57,191 bases of DNA from Thermodesulfobacteriota bacterium (GTDB taxonomy: Bacteria; Desulfobacterota; RBG-13-43-22). Below, one piece after another: positions 27,580 through 36,952 of the stretch. The translations under genes and the position numbers were made by a program. The DNA lies in assembly GCA_040755035.1 (NCBI GenBank), contig JBFMBU010000115.1:1-57191 (forward strand). Direction: 5' to 3'. Below the pieces are notes generated by a model. That model had not been told where the DNA came from. It did not search any database and worked only from the letters and a program-made list of their open reading frames with translations. Every line of letters starts with the position of its first letter. The first letter of the stretch is position 1.

Positions 27580-28662
27580 TTATTCCGCTGCGGCCGGGAT
27601 ATGATCCGGGGGCCGGACCAGTTTCATGGACAGGGCCTGGACCTGATCGCAGCCGACCACACAAACCCCGCAGCCGAAACAGGCTTCGGGATTCACTTTG
27701 GCCTTCATCTTTTTGGACCTGGTCGCTCCTTCCGGCTTGACCATTTCGATGGCGTCAAACTGACAGCGATCTACACAGGTCTGACAGCCGATACACTTCT
27801 CCTCGTTAACCACAGCGATAAAACGGCTCTTTTCCCACAACTGATTCAGGGGGGTTTTGGTCAGATCCAAGGGCACGGTCATCATACAGCAATCCCGGCA
27901 GCAATGGCAACTGACATTAGCCCCGGTCAAGGAAGCCGTATTGTGCCAGGTATGCAGCAGCCCATCCTCTTCAATCCGGTCGATAAGCGCTATGGCCTCA
28001 TCCAGGTTCAATTCCTTCCCGGCCTCCCGAGCCATAGCGTAATCGGCTCCGCGATTGACCTGAACACAGTGCCAGAGATCTTCTTCCGCCGTATGTGCGC
28101 AGTGTTCGTCCACAGCGGTCGTACGAAACCTGCAGGAACAGGGGACCACGGCGAGGCGTTTCTGGGCCTTATAGATTTCGCGGATATCTTCGCAGGGAAG
28201 GATATCCGGAAGACCCTCGATAGCCTTATAAGCGGGAACGATTCGGATCCGAGGCTTCTGAGCCTGGGCATAAACTTTACCCCTGTCCGGATACCATTCG
28301 TTCATCACAAAATCATGCCAGGCCCGATAAAAGTCGCGGTCCTTAACCACATCCCTCCCTTTGGAAGCCTGGGTGGCGTCATGAAGTTGTCCGATGGACC
28401 GGGCGAAGCGGAAAAATTGCCGGTCCTGAAAATCCCCTTTGGGGAAGACCACCCCGGCATAGAAAAGATCATCCAGTTCCTTTCTGACCTTCTCGGTATC
28501 TACTCCCGTTTTAACCGCCGCCTCTTCCGCCGTTCCCGGAAGGGCGGCAACAATTCCGGCTTGTTCAGGGGTCATCAGGTCCACCAGAATGGCCCGCAGA
28601 CGCTGGGATTTGGGATAGTTAAGACTGGTCATTAAAACCTGATAGGATTCATCGGCTGTCAT
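27580..28662 (-). CDS. 4Fe-4S dicluster domain protein with N-terminal HTH-like region
   Basis: PCSCR, CHCCRDCC, CIGCQTCVDRCQF and CFGCGVCVVGC. AGGAGG RBS. Confidence 0.88.
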   Translation of the reverse strand: MTADESYQVLMTSLNYPKSQRLRAILVDLMTPEQAGIVAALPGTAEEAAVKTGVDTEKVRKELDDLFYAGVVFPKGDFQDRQFFRFARSIGQLHDATQASKGRDVVKDRDFYRAWHDFVMNEWYPDRGKVYAQAQKPRIRIVPAYKAIEGLPDILPCEDIREIYKAQKRLAVVPCSCRFRTTAVDEHCAHTAEEDLWHCVQVNRGADYAMAREAGKELNLDEAIALIDRIEEDGLLHTWHNTASLTGANVSCHCCRDCCMMTVPLDLTKTPLNQLWEKSRFIAVVNEEKCIGCQTCVDRCQFDAIEMVKPEGATRSKKMKAKVNPEACFGCGVCVVGCDQVQALSMKLVRPPDHIPAAAE

Positions 28663-28954
28663 CTTCTGTTCCTCCTTTAAAAAAAGTAAAATTTTCCTTA
28701 AAGCAGCGTCAAGCTTCTTTAGTAACTTAAGAGCGGTTTTTTACCGGACCTCCCTCAAATCCCCGGGGACGTTTGGGCATTCCCGAAAAGGTATTCTTCC
28801 CGAGGGATCGATTATTCTTTAATTGTCAATAAAAAGCCAGTCTTTTTTCAATACCCTTTTTATTCTTGACCTGCTTTTAAAACCTATTTTATACTCCCCT
28901 GAACCTGCCAAGGTCTTAACGGCAAGGAAAGAAGGAAGAAAGGGGAATCGAAGC

Positions 28955-30685
28955 ATGATCGAGGAAATCACGTATCCGCAATACAACATCCATTACCCTT
29001 TATTGCTGAAAAACTGCATGAAAAGGCCGTTGTATCTTTATCCGGATGATATCGGCGTAGTCTATCGCAATGACGCCGGCAACTATCACCGTTTTACCTG
29101 GAGGCAGTGGCAGGAGCGGACCGGAAAGCTGGCGCAGGCCCTGCTTGCCTTGGGTGCTAATCCCGGCCGATCGGGTGTGCCGGGGGACCGGATCGCCACC
29201 ATGTGTCTCAACCACCATTGGCACTTAGAAACGATTTACGCCACCACCTGCATCGGGGCCGTTTCCCACCCTATCAATATCCGGCTCTCCCTGGACCACA
29301 TGGCCTATACCATCACCCATGCCGAGGACAAGATCCTTTTTTTTGACGACGCTATCCTGCCGCTGGTGGAGGCCTTGTATGACCGGATCAAAACCAAAGT
29401 GGAGAAATTTATATTGGTCTCTGAAAAAACCGGTAAACCCAAGACGCGTATCGAACCGCTTTATGAATACGAGGAATTGCTGAAAGAACAGCCTTCCGCC
29501 TTTTCCTGGCCTGATTTTCACGAAGACACCCATGCCGTCCTTTATTACACCACCGGCACCACCGGTCTTCCCAAAGGAGTGATGTTTACCCACCGCCAGC
29601 TTTTTCTCCAAACCCTGTATATGATGGGGATCCGCTATCTGGCCCCTAAATTGCCGGATGACCCGCCGACCCCCAATCCGTTGGTGACCATGGTCAATAT
29701 TCCCCTTTACCATATCCATGCCTGGCAGTCTCCTTTTGCCAATGTTTATGCCGCGGGCAGGCTGGTGTTTCCCAGCCGCTTCACTCCTCAGAGTTTCTGT
29801 GAGCTGGTGCAAACAGAAAAGGTCAATGCCACCGGCATGGTGCCGACCATGCTGGCTATGCTCATCGAATATCCCGATTTCGGGAAATATGATTTAAGCA
29901 GTCTGACCCAAGTCGGGACCGGAGGGGCGGCCCTGCCCCTGGGCTTGAAGGCCAAGGCGGAGAAGATGTTTCCCCGATTCACCGTCGGCTCCGGTTACGG
30001 CATGACCGAGACCCTCTCCAGCGTTATCACGGCCACGATTAAACGCCACATGGTGGAATGGCCCAAGGAAAAGCTGGATCAGGTCCGGGTCAAGACCGGC
30101 CTGCCGCACCCGGCCATTGACGCTTTGGTCATGGGAGAAGATGGAAAGGAAGTTCCCCATGACAACGAAACGATCGGTGAAATCGTACTCCGTGGTCACT
30201 GGATCATGGAAAAATATTATAAGGACCCGGAAAAGACCAATGCCGCCTGGAGGGACGGCTGGTTCCATACCGGTGATGCCGCCAAAGTTGATCAGGACGG
30301 GTATATTATCATCGTCGACCGAATAACCGATGTTATTCGCAGCGGGGCGGAGATGGTCCCCACGGTGTTGCTGGAAAATCTGACCTGCAACGCCGATTTT
30401 ATCCTTGAGGCTACCTATGTCGGGGTCCCGGATGAGAAGTGGGGGGAACGACCCATGTGTCTGGCCCGTTGCCTGCCCAATTCAGAGAAAACCGAAAACG
30501 ATTTATTGAAATTTCTGGAGACCGAAGGCGTGGAAACCGGCAAACTGGCCAAATGGATGCTTCCCGATTATATCGTCTTTTGCGATGAAATACCCAAGAC
30601 CAGCGTCGGAAAATACGACAAGATCGCTATCCGGAAAAAAATCGACGAATACCTGGAAAAGGCCAAGAAGCTCGGAAAATCCTGA
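28955..30685 (+). CDS. Long/medium-chain fatty-acid--CoA ligase
   Basis: YTTGTTGLPKGV AMP-binding motif, GYGMTET, GWFHTGD, PDEKWGERP and IPKTSVGKYDK. The start is set at MIEEIT. Confidence 0.93.
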   Translation: MIEEITYPQYNIHYPLLLKNCMKRPLYLYPDDIGVVYRNDAGNYHRFTWRQWQERTGKLAQALLALGANPGRSGVPGDRIATMCLNHHWHLETIYATTCIGAVSHPINIRLSLDHMAYTITHAEDKILFFDDAILPLVEALYDRIKTKVEKFILVSEKTGKPKTRIEPLYEYEELLKEQPSAFSWPDFHEDTHAVLYYTTGTTGLPKGVMFTHRQLFLQTLYMMGIRYLAPKLPDDPPTPNPLVTMVNIPLYHIHAWQSPFANVYAAGRLVFPSRFTPQSFCELVQTEKVNATGMVPTMLAMLIEYPDFGKYDLSSLTQVGTGGAALPLGLKAKAEKMFPRFTVGSGYGMTETLSSVITATIKRHMVEWPKEKLDQVRVKTGLPHPAIDALVMGEDGKEVPHDNETIGEIVLRGHWIMEKYYKDPEKTNAAWRDGWFHTGDAAKVDQDGYIIIVDRITDVIRSGAEMVPTVLLENLTCNADFILEATYVGVPDEKWGERPMCLARCLPNSEKTENDLLKFLETEGVETGKLAKWMLPDYIVFCDEIPKTSVGKYDKIAIRKKIDEYLEKAKKLGKS

Positions 30686-30727
30686 TCGGAAATCCCTTCC
30701 GGCATTTATCATAATGGTCCCAGCAAA

Positions 30728-30762
30728 AATACCGGCCGGGAAAATATTTCTCGGCCGGTATT
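30728..30762. terminator. Long hairpin after the CoA ligase
   Basis: AATACCGGCCG/CGGCCGGTATT stem with further inner pairing and only a weak U tract. Confidence 0.5.
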
Positions 30763-30939
30763 GAAAACCTGTTGCATTCCCGACTCTTCCCATGCTAAAA
30801 ATACTTTGGATTTAAAATATTATCGATAAAGGGTTTTCCCTTTCCAGCGTTCAGGGAAAAATTGGCAGGTCGAATACCCGGTTAGGTTGAAGGGCCGGAG
30901 AGGCACAACAGATCGATAGAGAAAATAAGGAGATTAGAT

Positions 30940-31734
30940 GTGAAAAAAGGGAGATTAGAAGGAAAGGTGGCGGTAATCACCGGGGCGGCCAACGGGATCG
31001 GACGGGCCACAGCCGCATTGTTTGCCGCCGAAGGGGCCAAGGTGGTCCTGGCTGATGTCAACGAAGGGGGTTTGAAAGAGACCCTGGAACTGGTGAAAAA
31101 TGCAGGCGGGGAGGCTATCGCACGAAAGACGGATGTTTCCGTGGAGGAAGAGGTCAAGGCCCTGATTGATCTGGCGTTGACAACCTATTCCCAGATCGAT
31201 ATCCTCTGCAACAATGCCGGTGTCGGGGGCGATATGGCCAAACTGGAAACCGAAAACGAAGGGACCTGGAAGCGGGTCTTCGGGGTCAATGTCCTGGGGG
31301 CCGTATTCGGCAGCAAGCATGTCGCCCCTCACATGATGGCTAGGAAGTACGGGGCCATTGTCAATACGGCTTCAGTGGCCGGCATCCGCGGCGGGGCCGG
31401 GGGCAATGCCTACAGCGCCAGTAAAGCGGCGCTGATCAATTTCACCATGACCTCGGCCTGTGACCTGGGCGGGTTCAATGTGCGGGTCAATGCCGTTTGT
31501 CCGGGTTTGATCGAAACCGGTATGACCAAGCGGGCCTTTGATTACGCCCGGGCTTCGGGAAAAATCGACAAGATGGGCTATCGCTGCGAACTGAGGCGGT
31601 ACGGCCATTCAGAGGAGGTCGCTCAGGCCATTCTATTTTTAGCCAGCGATGAAGCCAGCTATATCACCGGGCAGGCCCTTCCCGTGGACGGCGGGAATAC
31701 GGCTTCCCTTAATCTCCCCGGCATGAAAGCCTGA
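30940..31734 (+). CDS. Short-chain dehydrogenase/reductase (NAD-dependent)
   Basis: TGAANGIG, NNAG, YSASK, NAVCPG and ITGQALPVDGG. Confidence 0.95.
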   Translation: MKKGRLEGKVAVITGAANGIGRATAALFAAEGAKVVLADVNEGGLKETLELVKNAGGEAIARKTDVSVEEEVKALIDLALTTYSQIDILCNNAGVGGDMAKLETENEGTWKRVFGVNVLGAVFGSKHVAPHMMARKYGAIVNTASVAGIRGGAGGNAYSASKAALINFTMTSACDLGGFNVRVNAVCPGLIETGMTKRAFDYARASGKIDKMGYRCELRRYGHSEEVAQAILFLASDEASYITGQALPVDGGNTASLNLPGMKA

Positions 31735-31748
31735 TTGGATAGAGACCC

Positions 31749-32213
31749 ATGAAAAACACAGAACAATACGGAAAAAAAATCGATCTGGCCTTGAGTATGT
31801 GGGTGAAATTGCAGAGGGCCGCGGCCACTTTCCACCGAAAGAACGCCGAACACTTGAAAAATTTCGTCATCACCCCGGCCCAGTTTGCCGTTATCGAATG
31901 CCTGGGCCACCTGGGGCCCATGATCATGGGGGATTTGTGTAAAAAAATGCTGGTCAGCGGCGGGAATATGACCGTGGTGGTGGATAACCTGGTCAAGGAC
32001 GGTCTGGTGGAAAGGGTGCCCAGCGAAGAGGACCGCCGGGCCATCCTGGTTCGTTTCACTCCCAAGGGGAAGAAGGTTTTTGACGACTCTTTTATGCGTC
32101 ATGCCGATTACCTGACCCAGATAGCCGAGGTCCTGAATGAAAAGGAGCAGGAAGACCTGGGACGTCTGCTGAAAAAGTTGGGCTGCTCTTTACGAGATGA
32201 TGTTCAAACATAA
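31749..32213 (+). CDS. MarR family transcriptional regulator
   Basis: ITPAQFAVIECL, SGGNMTVVVDNLVKDGLVER and EDRRAILVRFTPKG. Confidence 0.93.
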   Translation: MKNTEQYGKKIDLALSMWVKLQRAAATFHRKNAEHLKNFVITPAQFAVIECLGHLGPMIMGDLCKKMLVSGGNMTVVVDNLVKDGLVERVPSEEDRRAILVRFTPKGKKVFDDSFMRHADYLTQIAEVLNEKEQEDLGRLLKKLGCSLRDDVQT

Positions 32214-32323
32214 ACAAGTCGCTAACGAGGGCATGCGTTGAAGGCAACCGGGACCAAAGCAACCGAACCGTTACCTGCTATTTCTCCCTTTGCCGGCAAG
32301 GGAGGGGATAGAAAGGAAAAAAG

Positions 32324-32450
32324 ATGATTAAAACACCGGAACAGTATGGGGAAAGCCTATGAGAACCCGGAAGTGCGCAAATACATGGACAGGTACCTGC
32401 AGGGAGACGCCCGCTTCCCGGTCGAAAACCGGATCAAGGCCATCGCCAAA
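32324..32450 (+). pseudogene. Collapsed remnant of a 4-hydroxybutyryl-CoA dehydratase / 4-hydroxyphenylacetate 3-hydroxylase family gene
   Basis: MIKTPEQYGESL* (family N-terminus) is joined out of frame to KAYENPEVRKYMDRYLQGDARFPVENRIKAI (family near-C-terminal segment). Confidence 0.7.
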
Positions 32451-32591
32451 CGCAGCCAGGTAATCCCAACCGATCATCCAGACTATCAGCAGTCGCTGAC
32501 TTCCCCCTGGACCATGCCGGATTCTTTATTGAAGGCAGGAAAATAATCCGACCCTGACACGATAAGGGGACGGGCAACTCTAAGACGGTTC

Positions 32592-32625
32592 AAAAAAAAG
32601 GCGGGATTTTTCCCGCCCTTTTTTT
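32592..32625. terminator. Bidirectional intrinsic terminator
   Basis: A8-GGCGGGA-TTTT-TCCCGCC-C-T7, between convergent units. Confidence 0.85.
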
Positions 32626-32710
32626 ACCGTTCTGCACCGTATTATTTTATTGCTCCGCTAACAGCGTTTCGGGATTTTCTCGGCCGCACGGGAATTGATT
32701 CCATACCTTT

Positions 32711-34267
32711 TTAATTTTTGATCTTCATATATTCAAACCGTGTTCCCGGATAGGACCCCAACTGCTGTTCCCACTTGACGATCTTTTTACTGGTCCCGAA
32801 ATTACCGTGCTGCGACCATAAAGGAGGCCGCATGTATTTGTCCCGGATCATTTTGGAAATTTTTTTCCCCCAGGCCGCCGCCTCGGCGTCGGTTTTGGCA
32901 CCCATGGAATCATCAATGGCCTTTTCCACCTCCGCGTCGGGGGCATAGACAAATATTGCGTTTTTATTAAAGGCGTTCTGGATATCCGCTCCCCCGTGAC
33001 GTTCGGCGTCATACCATAAACCGCCCAGTTTTAATCCCGTTAACTTCTTACCCCGATGGGCATCATACCAGGCTCCTCCTTCAAGGAGATTGATCTTGGC
33101 CGTGATCCCCACATCTTTGAGGTTGGCCTGAAGGGCTTCGATAACCTCTTTGTCTCGAGTAAGACAATTCAACTCGGTTTCAAACCCCTTGGCATAACCG
33201 GCTTCGGCCAGGAGGGCTTTGGCCCTTTGAGGATCATAGGGGTCCGGTTCAACCTTGGGGTCGAAGCCGAGGTTATAGGGACAAAGGACCTCCCCCCAAG
33301 CGCTGGCCGAGCCGAACATGAGCTTTTCGCAGATGGTTTTGCGATCGATGGCCATGCTGACGGCCTTTCTGACCCGAATGTCATGATAGGGGCTGGGTTT
33401 TTCAGGAAAAGCCATGTCCAAAAAGGTAAGGGCCGAGCCGTAAATATGCTTCACCTGAACGAAGTTCAAATTCGGATCGGTTTTTACCGTCGACAAGTGG
33501 GAACCCCGGACTTCGGCGATATCGGCTTCCCCGGCCTGGAGCATGGCCAGACGGGTGGAGTGCTCCGGTACATAAAGAATGGTTAAGTTTTTAAACTCCG
33601 GTGTTTTCCGGTGATGGACCGGGACCGCCTCCAGTTTGATATATTGGTCCTGTTTGAATTCCACCATGCGGAAGGGGCCGGAACCGACCGGTTTCTCGGC
33701 AAAGCCCTGGTCCCCGACGGCCTCCCGGTATTTTTTGGGCATAATGGCCCCGTTCCACCACAGCCGCTTCCAGAGATCAGGTGCCGGCATGTTTAAATGA
33801 AATCGGACATGATAGGGGGAGAGCACCTCCACTTCCTTGATCCGTTTTCGATATTCCACGCCCAGGGTCATTCTCAAATTGGGATCCATATGTTTTTGAA
33901 AGCTGAACTTTACATCCTCGGCAGTGAGGGGATCTCCATTGTGAAATTTGATCCCCTTTTTAATCATAAAATCGACATAACTCCAGTCCGGAGCGATTTT
34001 CCAGGAAGAGGCTACAGCGGGGAGGGTTTTCAAGTCCACCCCCATATCGATCAGCCCTTCAAAAACCGTGGTGGAGGTCAGAGGGGCATGACCGCCTACA
34101 TGGGTGGCGGGATCGCCTCCCTTTTGAAAAAAAGTGCCCAAGATGCAGGCATAAACCACCTCCCCCGGTTTGGTTTTAGCCAGGGTCAGCCCGGGAAAAA
34201 GGAAAATGGAAATAAAAAGCAACAGAACGGTCCGGGACAAAGGAATCCTTTTTCTTTTTGTTTGCAT
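32711..34267 (-). CDS. Family 5 (peptide/nickel-type) ABC substrate-binding protein, orphan
   Basis: Signal peptide, VFEGL, KFHNGDPLTAEDVKFS, PVGSGPF, DIRVRKAVSMAIDR and YDPQRAKALLAEAGY. No permease is adjacent. Confidence 0.92.
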   Translation of the reverse strand: MQTKRKRIPLSRTVLLLFISIFLFPGLTLAKTKPGEVVYACILGTFFQKGGDPATHVGGHAPLTSTTVFEGLIDMGVDLKTLPAVASSWKIAPDWSYVDFMIKKGIKFHNGDPLTAEDVKFSFQKHMDPNLRMTLGVEYRKRIKEVEVLSPYHVRFHLNMPAPDLWKRLWWNGAIMPKKYREAVGDQGFAEKPVGSGPFRMVEFKQDQYIKLEAVPVHHRKTPEFKNLTILYVPEHSTRLAMLQAGEADIAEVRGSHLSTVKTDPNLNFVQVKHIYGSALTFLDMAFPEKPSPYHDIRVRKAVSMAIDRKTICEKLMFGSASAWGEVLCPYNLGFDPKVEPDPYDPQRAKALLAEAGYAKGFETELNCLTRDKEVIEALQANLKDVGITAKINLLEGGAWYDAHRGKKLTGLKLGGLWYDAERHGGADIQNAFNKNAIFVYAPDAEVEKAIDDSMGAKTDAEAAAWGKKISKMIRDKYMRPPLWSQHGNFGTSKKIVKWEQQLGSYPGTRFEYMKIKN

Positions 34268-35128
34268 AGAAATACTCCTTTCTTTGGTTACATTTTTTGT
34301 TTCAATAAAGGGACAACCGAAACCCTTCGCCCATCGCCAACTATTTTTGAGATAGCCTCCTAAGTACCGGTTAGGTTTTCAGGAAAGTGACAAATACTTA
34401 GGATAGATTCCTGATAGAGTAATTTACGAATAGAATTCTATACCAATCGGATAGAATATATTCTAAAGCGGTAATTTACCCGGACCGAATGAAGTATTTT
34501 CGGAATCCCGTTTTGGCCCCGGCTGGTCCGGGTTGGGAGTAATAATCATTAAAGATCATTCTGTAAAACCGATATCAGGCTCTTTTTCCCTGTTTGAGAA
34601 CCCCTACATTTCAGCGCAGTGATCCGAAGGGTTCGGTCTTTAATTAGGAGACCATTGCAAGCAAATAAAAAGTATTCCTGGAGGCTTTATATTTATGGAA
34701 CGGAAATATATTAACGGTTTGAATTTAGGTGCAAAATTACCGAATGTATTTAACAGATCACCCGGGTTTCGGGGCGGGTAGACGAATTTGGTGTTTGGAC
34801 CGGTTGTCATCTGATCTATATCACTCCTTACGTGTTTCCGTATGAGGATCCGAACAAAAAAACAACTTCACTAACCAAAATGCTGAAATGGAAAAAATAG
34901 ATGATCTTAGAGGATGGTTTTTTTTATATTAGATATACGGTTTCTGTCAAGCAGAAAAACCCGGTACAGCGCAGGTGGCCTCTCTGACCGCTGACTTCCG
35001 AACCCTGGACTATTTATCTTGTTTTGACTTTCAGCTCTTCTCCCAGCTCTCTGCCCTTTGCTCCAAGCCCTCAACTTTCTACCTTCGGATCTCCACCTCC
35101 GAAAACTGAACGCCCAATTCGGGAGTTG

Positions 35129-35953
35129 CTATAACCTGCCTTCGATTGCCAGGGCATATAACCGGGCTACATTAATTTTTTGCAGCTCCGGACCGAAGGC
35201 CTCCATCCCCGCCCCCATGGGATAGCGGTCCAGAAAAGAGATGCGCTTTTGGGCCTCCTCCAGGGTCCAGCCCGCTTTGACCGCATCCTTGAGGGCTGAA
35301 ATCCAATCCTGAATAAAGGACGCCTGTTCATCCAGATAGGGCTTGCCACAGACCTCCCCATGCCCCGGAATGAAATGATCGGCATCCATTTGTTTGAGAT
35401 ATTGCAAAGATTCAAGCCATTCCCTGGGCCAGGCCTCTTGGAGAAAGGTCTGGACTCCATGAAAGATATTGTCTCCGGTGAAAACGGTTCGTTCCTCCGG
35501 AATATAAACCGCCGTCTCGCCGTAGGTATGACCCGGTAAATGGAGAAGTTGGCAAGTATGGTTGCCGACATAAAGGTGCAGGGACTTATCAAAGGTGATG
35601 TTGGGCACCCGGATCCGGTAGGCGTCCAATTGGGAAACAAATTCGGGATCAAGCACTTTAATTCGGTCCTTAAGGGCGTTAAGGTCGGCCTTTAAGATGG
35701 CTTCCCGGGTCTCTTGCTGGGCGATCACCGGACAGTCGAAAAAGAAATTGCCGGTGTAATGATCACCGTGGGATTCGGTATTGATCAGATAGAGCGGTTT
35801 CCCGTGTTTCAGGATGATCTCCCGGTAGGCCAGGGCGTCCCTGGGGATCTGCGGGGTGTCGATCATCACCACCCCTTGGGAAGTGACCACAAAACCGGGA
35901 TTACAGCCCCGGTATCCGGTTTCCACAAACACATTTTTCGTGACCTGATTCAT
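35129..35953 (-). CDS. MBL-fold metallo-hydrolase (cyclase-like)
   Basis: MIDTP, NTESHGDHYTGN, PGHT, FTGD and IPGHG. Confidence 0.9.
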   Translation of the reverse strand: MNQVTKNVFVETGYRGCNPGFVVTSQGVVMIDTPQIPRDALAYREIILKHGKPLYLINTESHGDHYTGNFFFDCPVIAQQETREAILKADLNALKDRIKVLDPEFVSQLDAYRIRVPNITFDKSLHLYVGNHTCQLLHLPGHTYGETAVYIPEERTVFTGDNIFHGVQTFLQEAWPREWLESLQYLKQMDADHFIPGHGEVCGKPYLDEQASFIQDWISALKDAVKAGWTLEEAQKRISFLDRYPMGAGMEAFGPELQKINVARLYALAIEGRL

Positions 35954-36349
35954 CCCTCTTTCCTTTCCTGTTTAATAGGGTCCTTTTCCGATTGTCGTGG
36001 AGGTTTATACCTTTTTTTCTGGGGTGAAGGGGACTTCGTCGCTCGCCTGAATTTAGGGACCCGTTTATTGTGCCAATCAGTTTCCGGGAAATCCTTTCTG
36101 CTTTTCGTTAGAGAAAGGGTAGGAGCATATTTAACGTATAGGTTAATTGAATTGAAAAAAAATTGTCAAGAAATTATTTATGATTTATGATGAGTTATCT
36201 GTAATTCTAAAAGGTCAACATTTTGTTGATTGTCATGACATACCTAAAACCTTTATGGATATTCGAAATGGAGATTAGAATCGTTAATATAAGGGGAACT
36301 TTGTTTTTTTGATTCATATTCTTATAACTATTTTAAAATAAAGGAAAAA

Positions 36350-36784
36350 ATGATGATTAATGAAATAGCCGAAAAGTTTGCCGAGCATTACAATTGTGCC
36401 CAAATTGTTGTGTCTATATTCTCTGAGAAACTTAATCTGAAAAGGGATATAGCCCTGAGATTGGCAACCGGATTCGGCGCCGGGATGGCCAGAAAACAGG
36501 AAGTCTGCGGCGCGGTCTGCGGGGGTATCATGGTACTCGGTCTTCGTCATGGCCGAGGTGAAAAGGAGGGCCGCGAGGTTACGGAAAAGACGTATATACA
36601 GGTTAGAGAACTTATGGCCCATTTTGAGCGTGAACATGGAAGCTGTATGTGCCGTACTTTGCTGGAAGACTGTGAATTGACAACCCCGGAGGGACAGAAG
36701 ACCTATAGAGAAAGTGGTTTTCTGAAAAGTGTATGTATCCCTTGCGTGGAAACCGTTATCAATTTTTTGGGAAAAAAGATATGA
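36350..36784 (+). CDS. C_GCAxxG_C_C family putative redox protein
   Basis: YNCAQ, GFGAGM, CGAVCGG, GSCMCRTLL and a C-terminal C. Confidence 0.9.
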   Translation: MMINEIAEKFAEHYNCAQIVVSIFSEKLNLKRDIALRLATGFGAGMARKQEVCGAVCGGIMVLGLRHGRGEKEGREVTEKTYIQVRELMAHFEREHGSCMCRTLLEDCELTTPEGQKTYRESGFLKSVCIPCVETVINFLGKKI

Positions 36785-36952
36785 GTCATTTATTTCAGAT
36801 CCCTTTCCTTCTATGAAACGGATAGGTGTCTGGTGTAAAAAAAACTCGGATACAAAAGGGCCTCGATGAAGGACTGCGAAGGGCCTGTCACCCATGGCCT
36901 TTGGGGCCAGGGTTTAAGGAGTACCTTGTTTGGCAGAGCTAAATCGCTGAAA

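Noticed and set aside
27520-28635. 371-aa plus-strand ORF, and similar long antisense ORFs at 19973-20860, 54588-55499 and 47495-48259
   Set aside because: Each is antisense to a well-supported gene and has no recognisable motif or RBS.
28757-28776. GGGGAC motifs at about 28765 and 36029 as solo copies of the transposase end repeat
   Set aside because: The match does not extend beyond 6-7 nt, which is compatible with chance.
36350-36784. Selenocysteine recoding in the C_GCAxxG_C_C, DsrE-like, thioredoxin-like or 4Fe-4S genes
   Set aside because: No in-frame TGA at Cys-equivalent positions; all of these frames are open.
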